NCBI RefSeq assembly: GCF_000039765.1
Contig: NC_004460.2
Span: 1,050,001-1,082,000, forward strand
DNA: 32,000 nt
DNA from: Vibrio vulnificus CMCP6
GTDB lineage: Bacteria; Pseudomonadota; Gammaproteobacteria; Enterobacterales; Vibrionaceae
Direction of reading: 5' to 3'
The notes below the pieces were generated by a model, which worked only from the letters and a program-made list of their open reading frames with translations, did not search any database and was not told where the DNA came from. The position numbers and the translations under genes are program-made. This document shows, in pieces, positions 24,520 to 32,000 of this stretch (the first letter of the stretch is position 1; the number at the start of each line of letters is the position of its first letter).

Positions 24520-25584
24520 ATGACTGCAGAACATAAATTTCGCGTTTGGATGAGAAGCCTGATTGTCCTATTCATCGCACTATTTTTCTACATCATCCTG
24601 GCTGACCAACACGCTCCCATCACCACCGAAGGTCGCGTTCAAGGTTATGTTGTGCAAGTCGCCCCTGAAGTGTCGGGCAAAGTGACCCAAGTGCAGATCC
24701 ACAATAACCAACATGTTCAACAAGGGGATGTGCTGTTTAGCATTGATGCACGTAAATACCGCATTGCCTTAGAGCAAGCCAAGCTCTCGCTGCAATCTGC
24801 CTTAGAAAAAGAAGCGACGCTCTATTCTCAACGCGAAGCGGCACTGGCGAATATTGCGCGAGCACAAGCGACTTATGACAACGCCCATCGAGAGTATCTG
24901 CGCCTGCAAAAGCTCTCGACGCAGCAAGTAATTTCCCGCTCAAGCCTCGATAACTCCTTTGCGCAAAACCAAGTGGCCAACGCCAACTTAAAAGCCGAGC
25001 AGCAAAGCCTCAACGTGATTGAAGCGCAACTAGGCCAAGGTGAAGGACAAAGCACCGCAGTGCGCGTGGCGCAAAACGGCATTGAAAAAGCGCAGTTGGA
25101 TTTAGCCAATACTCAGGTGCTTGCCCCCAGCGATGGTGTGGTGACCAACTTGCAATTGGAAGTGGGCAGCATGGCCAACGCCAACCAGCCCCTGCTGACT
25201 TTCATTCCAACCGGTTCACTGTGGGTAACGGGGGATTTTCGCGAAAAATCCGTCGCCAAGGTAGATGATCGCTATCATGCCATGGTGGCGTTTGATGCCT
25301 ATCCGGGCCAAGTGTTTGATTTCTCGCTCTCTAGCCGAGATTACGGTGTTGCTGCCGCGCAGCAAAAACCTAACGGCTCATTAACCAGCGTAGAAATCAA
25401 CAACCGCTGGGTACGCGATGCGCAGAGAACACGCGTCAATCTCGCCACTGACGATGCCATGCCTGCGGCACTGTTTGTTGGCTCTCGCGCCACTATCGTG
25501 CTCTACCCACCAGAGGAGACCTTATGGCGTTGGATGGCCACTTGGCAAATCAAGCTCGCCAGCCTGTTCCACTACGTGTACTAG
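24520..25584 (+). CDS. HlyD-family membrane fusion / efflux adaptor protein (AaeA-like)
   Basis: It has one N-terminal TM (MRSLIVLFIALFFYIILA), then V-VAPEVSGKVTQVQIHNNQHVQQGDVLFSID and coiled-coil and beta-barrel segments colinear with recalled AaeA. TATAAT lies at 24483-24488. The RBS is weak and the track ORF start at 24304 is antisense to lysR. Confidence 0.8.
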   Translation: MTAEHKFRVWMRSLIVLFIALFFYIILADQHAPITTEGRVQGYVVQVAPEVSGKVTQVQIHNNQHVQQGDVLFSIDARKYRIALEQAKLSLQSALEKEATLYSQREAALANIARAQATYDNAHREYLRLQKLSTQQVISRSSLDNSFAQNQVANANLKAEQQSLNVIEAQLGQGEGQSTAVRVAQNGIEKAQLDLANTQVLAPSDGVVTNLQLEVGSMANANQPLLTFIPTGSLWVTGDFREKSVAKVDDRYHAMVAFDAYPGQVFDFSLSSRDYGVAAAQQKPNGSLTSVEINNRWVRDAQRTRVNLATDDAMPAALFVGSRATIVLYPPEETLWRWMATWQIKLASLFHYVY

Positions 25585-25593
25585 AGGGGCAAG

Positions 25594-26601
25594 ATGAAAA
25601 CTCAGCGAATTTGGTTTGGCTGCGCCAGCGGCCTTGCCCTGAGCATGCTCTTTGGCTGGTCTTACGGTTTTTTCGCCATCATGCTGCCACTGTTTATTCT
25701 CAGCAGAACCGATAGCTTTCAGCTCTCACGGCTACTGATGGTGGTTTTTTCCGCCGTCTGGACCACAGTACAAGCAACCTTTTTGTTGGAATATCTGCAG
25801 TTCCACCCCGTGCTCATGACGGTGGCGGTGGGGCTGTTTTTCCTCATCAAATGCATTGCGATGATGAATCCCAACACCTACTTGTTTGGCTATATGGGGC
25901 TGTTGGTTGGGTCGATCGTACTGAACTTTGCCAGCTATGATTTCATCGATATCGAAGATTTTAACCTCAACTTGTGGGTCATTTCCCTTGCGAACATTGC
26001 CATTTGTGCGCTGGCTTTTTGGCTCTTTCCCGAGCCTAAACGCGACGAGTTTCAGGATGCCATGACCACACCCGTCAAAAGCGATATGGACTACATCAGC
26101 CAAGTAGCGATGGGTTGGGTGGTCGCCATGGCCGCTTTTCTGCTGTTTCAATTTGCCGATCTTTACGACTCGCTCTCAGCGCAAGCGTCAATCATCATCA
26201 TTCTTACACCAATGACCTTGGCTGGCTCCATGGCGATGGCAAAAATCCGCGTCATTGGCACCGCGCTGGGTTGCTTAGCTGGTTTGGCAGTTCAACTGGT
26301 GTTAGGCGGTTGGTATAGCAATGGCTTGCTGTTTTGGCTCGCGCTGACCATCGCCATGGGGCCATTTTGTTATTTGCTCACCAAGGGGCCAATCAAAGGT
26401 GCGATCGCATTTTCGGCGATGTCGGCACTGGCCGTGCCGCTGACGGCGATTGTCCCCGAAGGCAAAGACGCGTTCTTTTCGATTTTGTACCGCTTTAGCT
26501 CCATCTTTGTCGCCGTGACCGCCACAGCGATGTTGATGTGGGTAGTGCATCATGGCATTCGCGCGTTGTTATTGAAGCATCCTGAAATTCAGAATGTATA
26601 G
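25594..26601 (+). CDS. Polytopic inner-membrane protein, FUSC/AaeB-like but half-length, 335 aa (I recall such partners being labelled DUF2955, unverified)
   Basis: GAGGGG RBS 9 nt after the HlyD stop. It has about 9-10 hydrophobic segments. The call rests on the position downstream of an AaeA-like gene under a divergent LysR regulator. Confidence 0.6.
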   Translation: MKTQRIWFGCASGLALSMLFGWSYGFFAIMLPLFILSRTDSFQLSRLLMVVFSAVWTTVQATFLLEYLQFHPVLMTVAVGLFFLIKCIAMMNPNTYLFGYMGLLVGSIVLNFASYDFIDIEDFNLNLWVISLANIAICALAFWLFPEPKRDEFQDAMTTPVKSDMDYISQVAMGWVVAMAAFLLFQFADLYDSLSAQASIIIILTPMTLAGSMAMAKIRVIGTALGCLAGLAVQLVLGGWYSNGLLFWLALTIAMGPFCYLLTKGPIKGAIAFSAMSALAVPLTAIVPEGKDAFFSILYRFSSIFVAVTATAMLMWVVHHGIRALLLKHPEIQNV

Positions 26602-26659
26602 AGAAGTTGGGAAAAAAGAACCTTGCGGAGATTCCCACTCTGGCGAGTGACATGCTGAT

Positions 26660-26697
26660 AAAACAAAAGCCAAGCGCTGATCACTTGGCTTTGTTTT
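26660..26697. terminator. Bidirectional Rho-independent terminator between convergent FUSC-like and mesD genes
   Basis: AAAACAAAAGCCAAG (cgctgatca) CTTGGCTTTGTTTT, with A/T tracts on both sides. Confidence 0.7.
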
Positions 26698-26725
26698 ATC
26701 TAAGGAGTGGGGAAAATGCCCCGTG

Positions 26726-27754
26726 TTATTTCGCCAGCTCTTTTCGCACAATCGCAGCGCCGGCGGCTAAAGCATTGAGCTTGGCGGCGGAAACATCACG
26801 AGCAAGTGGTGCCATGCCGCAGTTGGTGCATGGGTAGAGCTTGTCTGCATCGACGTATTTCAACGCTTCACGCAGGGTGTTGGCCACTTCTTCTGGCGTT
26901 TCAATCTCGTTGGTGGCGACGTCAATTGCGCCGACCATCACTTTCTTGCCGCGGATCAACTCAAGCAGCTCAATCGGCACGCGCGAGTTGTGGCATTCCA
27001 GCGAGATAATATCGATGTTGGATTTCTGCAGTTTCGGGAACACTTCTTCGTATTGTCGCCACTCAGAGCCAAGCGTTTTCTTCCAATCGGTGTTGGCTTT
27101 GATGCCGTAGCCATAACAGATATGCACCGCCGTTTCGCATTTCAGCCCTTCGATAGCGCGCTCCAAACAAGCAATGCCCCAATCGTTGACATCATCAAAA
27201 AAGACGTTAAACGCGGGTTCATCAAATTGGATGATGTCGACGCCCGCCGCTTCAAGCTCTTTCGCTTCTTGGTTAAGGATCTTAGCGAACTCCCACGCCA
27301 GTTTTTCGCGGCTGCCGTAGTAATCATCATAGAGTGTGTCGATCATCGTCATTGGCCCCGGCAGCGCCCACTTAATCGGCTGCTTGGTTTGCTGGCGCAA
27401 GTATTTGGCATCGTCCACAAACACTGGCTTAGTGCGGCTCACCGGCCCCACGACCGTCGGCACGCTCGCCTCATAACGGTTACGAATGGTCACCGTTTTG
27501 CGGTTTTCAAAATCCACCCCGCTCAGGTGCTCAATAAAAGTCGTCACAAAGTGTTGGCGAGTCTGTTCGCCGTCACTGACAATATCCACACCCGCTCGTT
27601 CTTGCTCGTGCAAAGAGAGGCGCAGCGCATCGCGTTTGCCGTCCGTCAGTTCATCGCCTTGCAGTTTCCATGGCGACCAAAGTGTTTCCGGCTCAGCCAG
27701 CCATGAAGGTTTCGGTAAGCTGCCCGCGGTTGAAGTGGGTAATAGTGTTTTCAT
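26726..27754 (-). CDS. mesD: Core (single-domain) cobalamin-independent methionine synthase homologue, MesD-type
   Basis: ~342 aa, homologous only to the C-terminal catalytic barrel of MetE (LPTSTAGSLPKP..., VDIIQFDEPA, AVHICYGYG, YPCTNCGMAP). It lies immediately downstream of a DUF1852-like gene. I place the start at the second ATG (27754), 6 nt after AAGGGA; the track start is 27760. Confidence 0.8.
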   Translation of the reverse strand: MKTLLPTSTAGSLPKPSWLAEPETLWSPWKLQGDELTDGKRDALRLSLHEQERAGVDIVSDGEQTRQHFVTTFIEHLSGVDFENRKTVTIRNRYEASVPTVVGPVSRTKPVFVDDAKYLRQQTKQPIKWALPGPMTMIDTLYDDYYGSREKLAWEFAKILNQEAKELEAAGVDIIQFDEPAFNVFFDDVNDWGIACLERAIEGLKCETAVHICYGYGIKANTDWKKTLGSEWRQYEEVFPKLQKSNIDIISLECHNSRVPIELLELIRGKKVMVGAIDVATNEIETPEEVANTLREALKYVDADKLYPCTNCGMAPLARDVSAAKLNALAAGAAIVRKELAK

Positions 27755-27784
27755 CGTCATTCCCTTCTCGATTCTACTGATTGC

Positions 27785-28759
27785 TTACGCGTAATTGGCC
27801 GACCATTGCTCAAGGAGCGATTGGTACGGTTTGATGAAATGCGCTTCGGCAAAGCGACCTTGTTCAATAGCCAATTGGCTGCGCTCTTCTCGGTCGTAGA
27901 CGATTTGAGTTAACGAGTGGTCAAGGTTCTTCAAGTTGGGTTGGTAGCGTTGCCCTGCTACGGCATTGGCGTTGTAAATCTCCGGGCGGTAAATCTTTTG
28001 GAACGTCTCCATGGTGCTGATGGTACTGATGAGCTCAAGGTTCGAGTAATCGTTCAGCAAGTCACCAAAGAAATAAAACGCCAGCGGCGCAACGCTGTTT
28101 GGCGGCATAAAGTAGCGCACCTGCAAGCCCATTTTCTGGAAGTATTGCTCGGTCAGCGAGGAGTCGTTGGGCAGATACTCATACCCCAACACCGGATGCT
28201 GGTTTTCCGTGCGGCGGTAGATCTTGTTGTCCGACACGCTCAGGCAGATCACGGGTAGCTTTTTGAAATGCTGTTGATACTCAGCCGAGCTGACAAACGC
28301 CTTAAACAGCTTGCCGTGCAGCTCACCAAAATTCGCTGGAATGCTGAACTGAGGCTGATTTTTGTTGTGATCCAGCAACAGCACGCTGAAGTCGTAATCA
28401 CGCACATAAGACGAGAAGTTGTTGCCGACAATGCCTTCAATGCGCTCATTGGTTTTTCGGTCAAGAATGTTGGTTTTGAGCACTTCAATCGAGGGAAAAG
28501 CGTCGCCACTGCCGTGAATATCGATATCCACGGAGATGATGTCCAACTCCACCGAGTAACGATCGCCGGCTGGGTTATCCCAACTCGCCATGGCGTTAAA
28601 ACGGTTGTTGATCATGCGAAGCGCATTGCGCAGGTTCTCTTGACGGCGCTGACCACGAGCCAAGTTGGCAAAGTTGGTGGTGATGCGCGTGTTGTCCGAG
28701 GGCTGGTAGTTCTCGTCAAAGCGAATGCGTTTGATCGCAAACGTGAAATCGTTGTTCAT
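27785..28759 (-). CDS. mesX: DUF1852-family protein (MesX, the required partner of MesD), ~325 aa
   Basis: ATG at 28759 (MNNDFTFAIKRIRFDENYQPSDNTRITTNFANLARG...) with AGGAG upstream. I recognise the family from memory of this conserved N-terminus and from the invariant pairing with a short MetE-like gene. There are 24 nt to mesD. The track ORF start at 28885 adds 42 unlikely codons. Confidence 0.72.
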   Translation of the reverse strand: MNNDFTFAIKRIRFDENYQPSDNTRITTNFANLARGQRRQENLRNALRMINNRFNAMASWDNPAGDRYSVELDIISVDIDIHGSGDAFPSIEVLKTNILDRKTNERIEGIVGNNFSSYVRDYDFSVLLLDHNKNQPQFSIPANFGELHGKLFKAFVSSAEYQQHFKKLPVICLSVSDNKIYRRTENQHPVLGYEYLPNDSSLTEQYFQKMGLQVRYFMPPNSVAPLAFYFFGDLLNDYSNLELISTISTMETFQKIYRPEIYNANAVAGQRYQPNLKNLDHSLTQIVYDREERSQLAIEQGRFAEAHFIKPYQSLLEQWSANYA

Positions 28760-29678
28760 GGTGAGTGGGTCTCCTATTTCCTTAGATAACGCTGACTTTT
28801 CCTCTCTGGGCATGGGGTGGTTGTGTTTTTTGGTTTTCCCAATCGCCAGTTTGCGCTGCGTTTCGTCTTTGACACAAAAACGCACTCACCTTGGCAAGCA
28901 CCAGAGCAGTCCGGTTTTTATACTTGCTTCGCGACTTGAAGAATATTGGTATTGTTTCACATTGAACATGAAGGAAATTCATGGTTTAGGAATGAGCGGC
29001 GGCAGGAAAAGCACCCACCAGCCGCCAACAACATGAACGATGAAGGTTTTGTTTGCAATGACAGTCCGTAGCGAGCTCAATGTGCACGCTACCCAATCAT
29101 TCAAAAATTAAGATCATGCAACATTGCCAATAACGATAGCGATAAAAAACAGTTGTCGTACATTGAGAAGATTTACCCCCAACATCCACAAAAATTGTTA
29201 TCTCATCTTCATCAATGAGTTTACGCACGAAAAGCCTGACTTAATGAAAATAATTTTGGAAGTCATTAGTAAAAATCGAGGTGAGGTGTTCGAAAGCAAT
29301 ATCAATAAATATTCAGCAAAAAAGAAATAGATTTTCCGACTCAATTTTCACTCGCTATTTAGGCAATACCAATCAATGCAATAAAAATTGCTTCTCTAGA
29401 GATAAACGATAATAGGAAATAGGAAATAGGAAAAAAACATCGAATAAAATACTAATTTACTAATGTCTAATTTTTAAATCGTATACAAAATCTTTACTCT
29501 GACATACCTACGAACACTTTTACTTAAATCATGCAGATTTTTCACAAAATTATTCATGTTTTCTATCAATAAAATATTGCACACTGTTCATCAGTTATCT
29601 TGATCATTAAGGAAATGGTTCAGACTAGGAAGTAACTGGATAACAAAGTGTTGTATTAATTTAAAGATAGGAACAAAC

Positions 29679-30293
29679 ATGACAAACAAATCCATTCTTA
29701 CTCTAGTTATCGCAGGAACAATCTCTTTTGGAGCGCAGTCAGAGCCGTACTTAGGTGCTTCACTAGGCTTAGCATCGTTTAAAAATGCGGTGGGGAATGC
29801 TAACACGAGTTTTGGTTCTGGTTCGATGGACTTGGCACTAGACGATGATCAAAGCGTTGCGGGCAGTATCTATGGCGGTTATAAGTTCAATTCATTTCTC
29901 GCTCTTGAAGGTGCTATTGGTGGGTACGATGCTTTAGAAGACACTTATGTAACTGTCGGTAATATGTACTTTTTATCCGTTCAACCCAAATTATCATTTT
30001 CATTAACCGACACTTTTGAATTGTATGCGAAGGCAGGGGTAGCCTATTTCAACGCAGAGTTTAAAGTGTCGAATGCTCTGGTAAATGCACCGGGCTACTC
30101 TACCCTTTCTGATAGCACTTTAACGGGTATGTATGGTTTAGGTGCTGAACTTAAATTATCACCAACGTTTCATATTCGAGCATCTTGGGACTTCATGCGC
30201 CCAGAATTGGATGTCGTGAAAGTTGGCACGGAAAATATCAGTATTGAATCAGACATTAGCGTATTCTCTTTAGGCGCTAGCTATCATTTTTAA
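29679..30293 (+). CDS. Outer-membrane beta-barrel protein (OmpA-like transmembrane / OMP_b-brl family), 204 aa
   Basis: Signal peptide MTNKSILTLVIAGTISFGAQS. Alternating amphipathic beta-strands with aromatic girdles (YGGYKF, YAKAGVAYF). The C-terminus ...SLGASYHF ends in the terminal Phe typical of BAM substrates. AGGA RBS. Confidence 0.75.
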   Translation: MTNKSILTLVIAGTISFGAQSEPYLGASLGLASFKNAVGNANTSFGSGSMDLALDDDQSVAGSIYGGYKFNSFLALEGAIGGYDALEDTYVTVGNMYFLSVQPKLSFSLTDTFELYAKAGVAYFNAEFKVSNALVNAPGYSTLSDSTLTGMYGLGAELKLSPTFHIRASWDFMRPELDVVKVGTENISIESDISVFSLGASYHF

Positions 30294-30310
30294 AATTTTC
30301 CGGAAAATTT
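30293..30310. other. Perfect 18-bp AT-rich palindrome at the OMP stop codon
   Basis: AAATTTTCC|GGAAAATTT read directly. It could be a weak terminator hairpin or a protein-binding site. Confidence 0.4.
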
Positions 30311-30616
30311 CTTGGTGGTAATATCTACCGGTTAAAACGAAAAATTTGGTAGCGTTAATCTGTCAAGTTAAATGTATCTGTGTGTTGGCCTCATCTTTTG
30401 GTAAGAAAAATGTGGCCAACATCAGAACGATTATCACTCGTTTTTCTTTTGAGCCTTAGATTAGAATTTTCTATCAGGCTATTCGAACTAAGTCTCTAAT
30501 TTACAACCAGATAGCGATAATCTCTTTTCGAGGAACCAAAGCTCGCCCACCATGACAAAACCCAGAGCATTCATTTTTCGCCACAGCTCAACTAACAGCA
30601 GGCAATTTACAAGGCG

Positions 30617-31630
30617 TTACGCAACCACTCTATTGCGTCCTTGGGATTTAGCATCATAAAGATTGGCATCGGCTTGACGATTAATTTCATCGACGCAACT
30701 CGATGCATGCGCCTCAGCCAAGCCAATGCTGACCGTCACTGAGATCGCCCCCTCTCGATAGTGAATGGGAGTATCACCAATGTTTTGACGGATGGTTTCC
30801 GCAGTCTTTAGGGCATGCTGGTGAGAAACACCCGCTAACAGAATACAGAACTCCTCTCCCCCTTGACGGAACACATTCTCCTCTCCCACCACATGAGCCA
30901 TCGTTTTCACCACGGACCGAAGCACGCAGTCTCCTCCGTCGTGGCCGTATTCATCATTGATGGCTTTAAAGTGATCGATATCCAATACCAATAAGAAGAA
31001 GGCTGTTCCTTGAGTTTTCAGCGCTTGGTAGCGATGTTTCAGAGCAAGGCGGTTATTGGTGCCAGTCAGCGGATCGAGCGTGGCCAACTTACTTAACTTG
31101 TTTTCCGTTGACACACGATTGAACTCATACACGTGCGCGATAGCCGCAATACTGAAATAACAAAAGGCGAAGTTGATCATCATCGTCAACATGTCAAAGT
31201 ACTGTTCTAAGTAAAATTGATAGGTGATGTTGACGATTTGAATTAAGAACAAACATGCGGTCGCCGCAAAACCCACTTTGTAGCCCAGCAACAAATAGTA
31301 AACGATTGGCAAAACCAGCGACCAAAAGAACACGCCATTGACCGTTGGCTTGAGGAAGGTGCCAAGAATAACGAGCAACGTAATACACAATGACATAATG
31401 TACTTGTGACCGTTGAATACACTACCCCTATCGATTTGGCGATAAACGTGCCAAGAGTAAAGCGCGTATAAGCCTTCCAACGTACCGTAGATGTAGCTCT
31501 GGCTAATAACAAAGTTACCGATAGCCATCAAGGCAGCCAAGCTTCCGATCCCAAGACTCATGCCTTTGAGCACTTTGAGGCGTAGCGTCAAGCTGCCATC
31601 AAGCTCGTTTATGTCCATATTTCCTTCCAT
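30617..31630 (-). CDS. Membrane-anchored diguanylate cyclase (GGDEF domain), 337 aa
   Basis: An N-terminal ~170 aa with about 5-6 TM segments is followed by GGDEF hallmarks DPLTGTNNR, LDIDHFKAINDEYGH, RQGGEEF and ADANLYDAKSQGRNRV. No RxxD I-site lies 5 residues before GGEEF. Confidence 0.85.
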   Translation of the reverse strand: MEGNMDINELDGSLTLRLKVLKGMSLGIGSLAALMAIGNFVISQSYIYGTLEGLYALYSWHVYRQIDRGSVFNGHKYIMSLCITLLVILGTFLKPTVNGVFFWSLVLPIVYYLLLGYKVGFAATACLFLIQIVNITYQFYLEQYFDMLTMMINFAFCYFSIAAIAHVYEFNRVSTENKLSKLATLDPLTGTNNRLALKHRYQALKTQGTAFFLLVLDIDHFKAINDEYGHDGGDCVLRSVVKTMAHVVGEENVFRQGGEEFCILLAGVSHQHALKTAETIRQNIGDTPIHYREGAISVTVSIGLAEAHASSCVDEINRQADANLYDAKSQGRNRVVA

Positions 31631-31694
31631 GGGCTCAATGCTTTAAAACATCACGTATGATAACCTGATTAACTTATTGATAACAAGGACATCA

Positions 31695-31898
31695 ATGCAT
31701 ATGTGCACACGTATATTCAACAACTTAAACGATAAATTTCCAGTGACAGCACGTAATATGGACTGGTATTGGCCCGTCAATACTTACTTCTACGCGTTTC
31801 CCAGAGGTACCGTAAACCGTGGTCTGAGCGCCGAGTCAACGGCCGAATTTTACATCGCACTTTCCGATGCCGAAGGCAACTCAACGGTGATTTGGTGA
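31695..31898 (+). pseudogene. Choloylglycine hydrolase / linear amide C-N hydrolase (Ntn, Cys-nucleophile) family remnant, ~68 codons
   Basis: The N-terminus M-H-MCTRIFNNLNDKFPVTARNMDWYWP...FPRG matches the family signature (MCTR...RxMDW...FPRG). The ORF stops after 68 codons (full-length members are ~330-350 aa). The segment FYIALSDAEGNSTVI resembles a motif normally ~100 residues further in, which suggests an internal deletion. Confidence 0.45.
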
Positions 31899-32000
31899 CG
31901 CTGTTTGTCGACGCCCAAGTTTATCTGGTGATCAAAAACAAACCGTACAAAAACACCTGCTCGGAATGCGGCAACTTCTATCACCATGTCTGTGATTTTG

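Noticed and set aside
28760-28990. Cobalamin or SAM riboswitch, or tandem MetJ boxes, in the mesX leader
   Set aside because: Only fragments resemble the B12 element (AGTCAG, TTGGGAAAACC). The AGGGAA / GGTG-AA-TCC core and a full B12 box are absent, no SAM-I/II core is recognisable, and the best AGACGTCT-type match is about 6 of 16. I left it as an unassigned structured leader.
29124-29330. 68-aa ORF in the AT-rich tract
   Set aside because: It has a TTG start, no RBS, Lys/Ile/Asn-rich composition as expected from AT-rich non-coding DNA, and no motif.
28990-30620. Genomic island or mobile element call for the AT-rich tract
   Set aside because: There is no integrase or transposase, tRNA, inverted terminal repeats or target-site duplication. 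I report it only as a compositional anomaly.

Overview
The window looks like a gammaproteobacterial chromosomal segment, probably Vibrionaceae. That taxon call is an inference from the protein families present, for example a 218-aa chromosomal Qnr. I call about 26 genes. I found no rRNA, tRNA, CRISPR, transposase or integrase. Signalling and transport genes dominate. (1) The 3' end of a 2-hydroxyacid dehydrogenase gene, a rof-like gene, a chromosomal qnr pentapeptide-repeat gene and a co-transcribed cupin gene. (2) A methyl-accepting chemotaxis protein and a 1328-aa hybrid histidine kinase that share one homologous periplasmic helical sensor domain, next to a divergent REC-HD-GYP c-di-GMP phosphodiesterase. 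(3) A small secreted protein whose stop codon starts a perfect 23-copy heptanucleotide array (TAGGTTC) with a degenerate 7-nt-periodic tail. (4) A sigma-54 promoter with palindromic enhancer sites in front of TAXI-TRAP receptor, fused TRAP permease and L-2-hydroxyglutarate oxidase genes, flanked by a divergent DctB/DctD-like kinase and regulator pair. (5) An alkylsulfatase plus an unknown secreted protein, divergent from a second copy of the small secreted protein and a CusRS-like two-component system; a perfect CusR-box palindrome sits between them and no metal-handling genes are present. (6) A LysR, HlyD and half-size FUSC-like efflux module. (7) A DUF1852 (MesX) plus core MetE-like (MesD) pair, the folate- and B12-independent methionine synthase whose methyl donor is still unknown. 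(8) An AT-rich tract with an outer-membrane beta-barrel gene, a membrane GGDEF cyclase and a choloylglycine-hydrolase-like remnant. All family assignments rest on motifs read by eye and recalled homologues. No database search was run.
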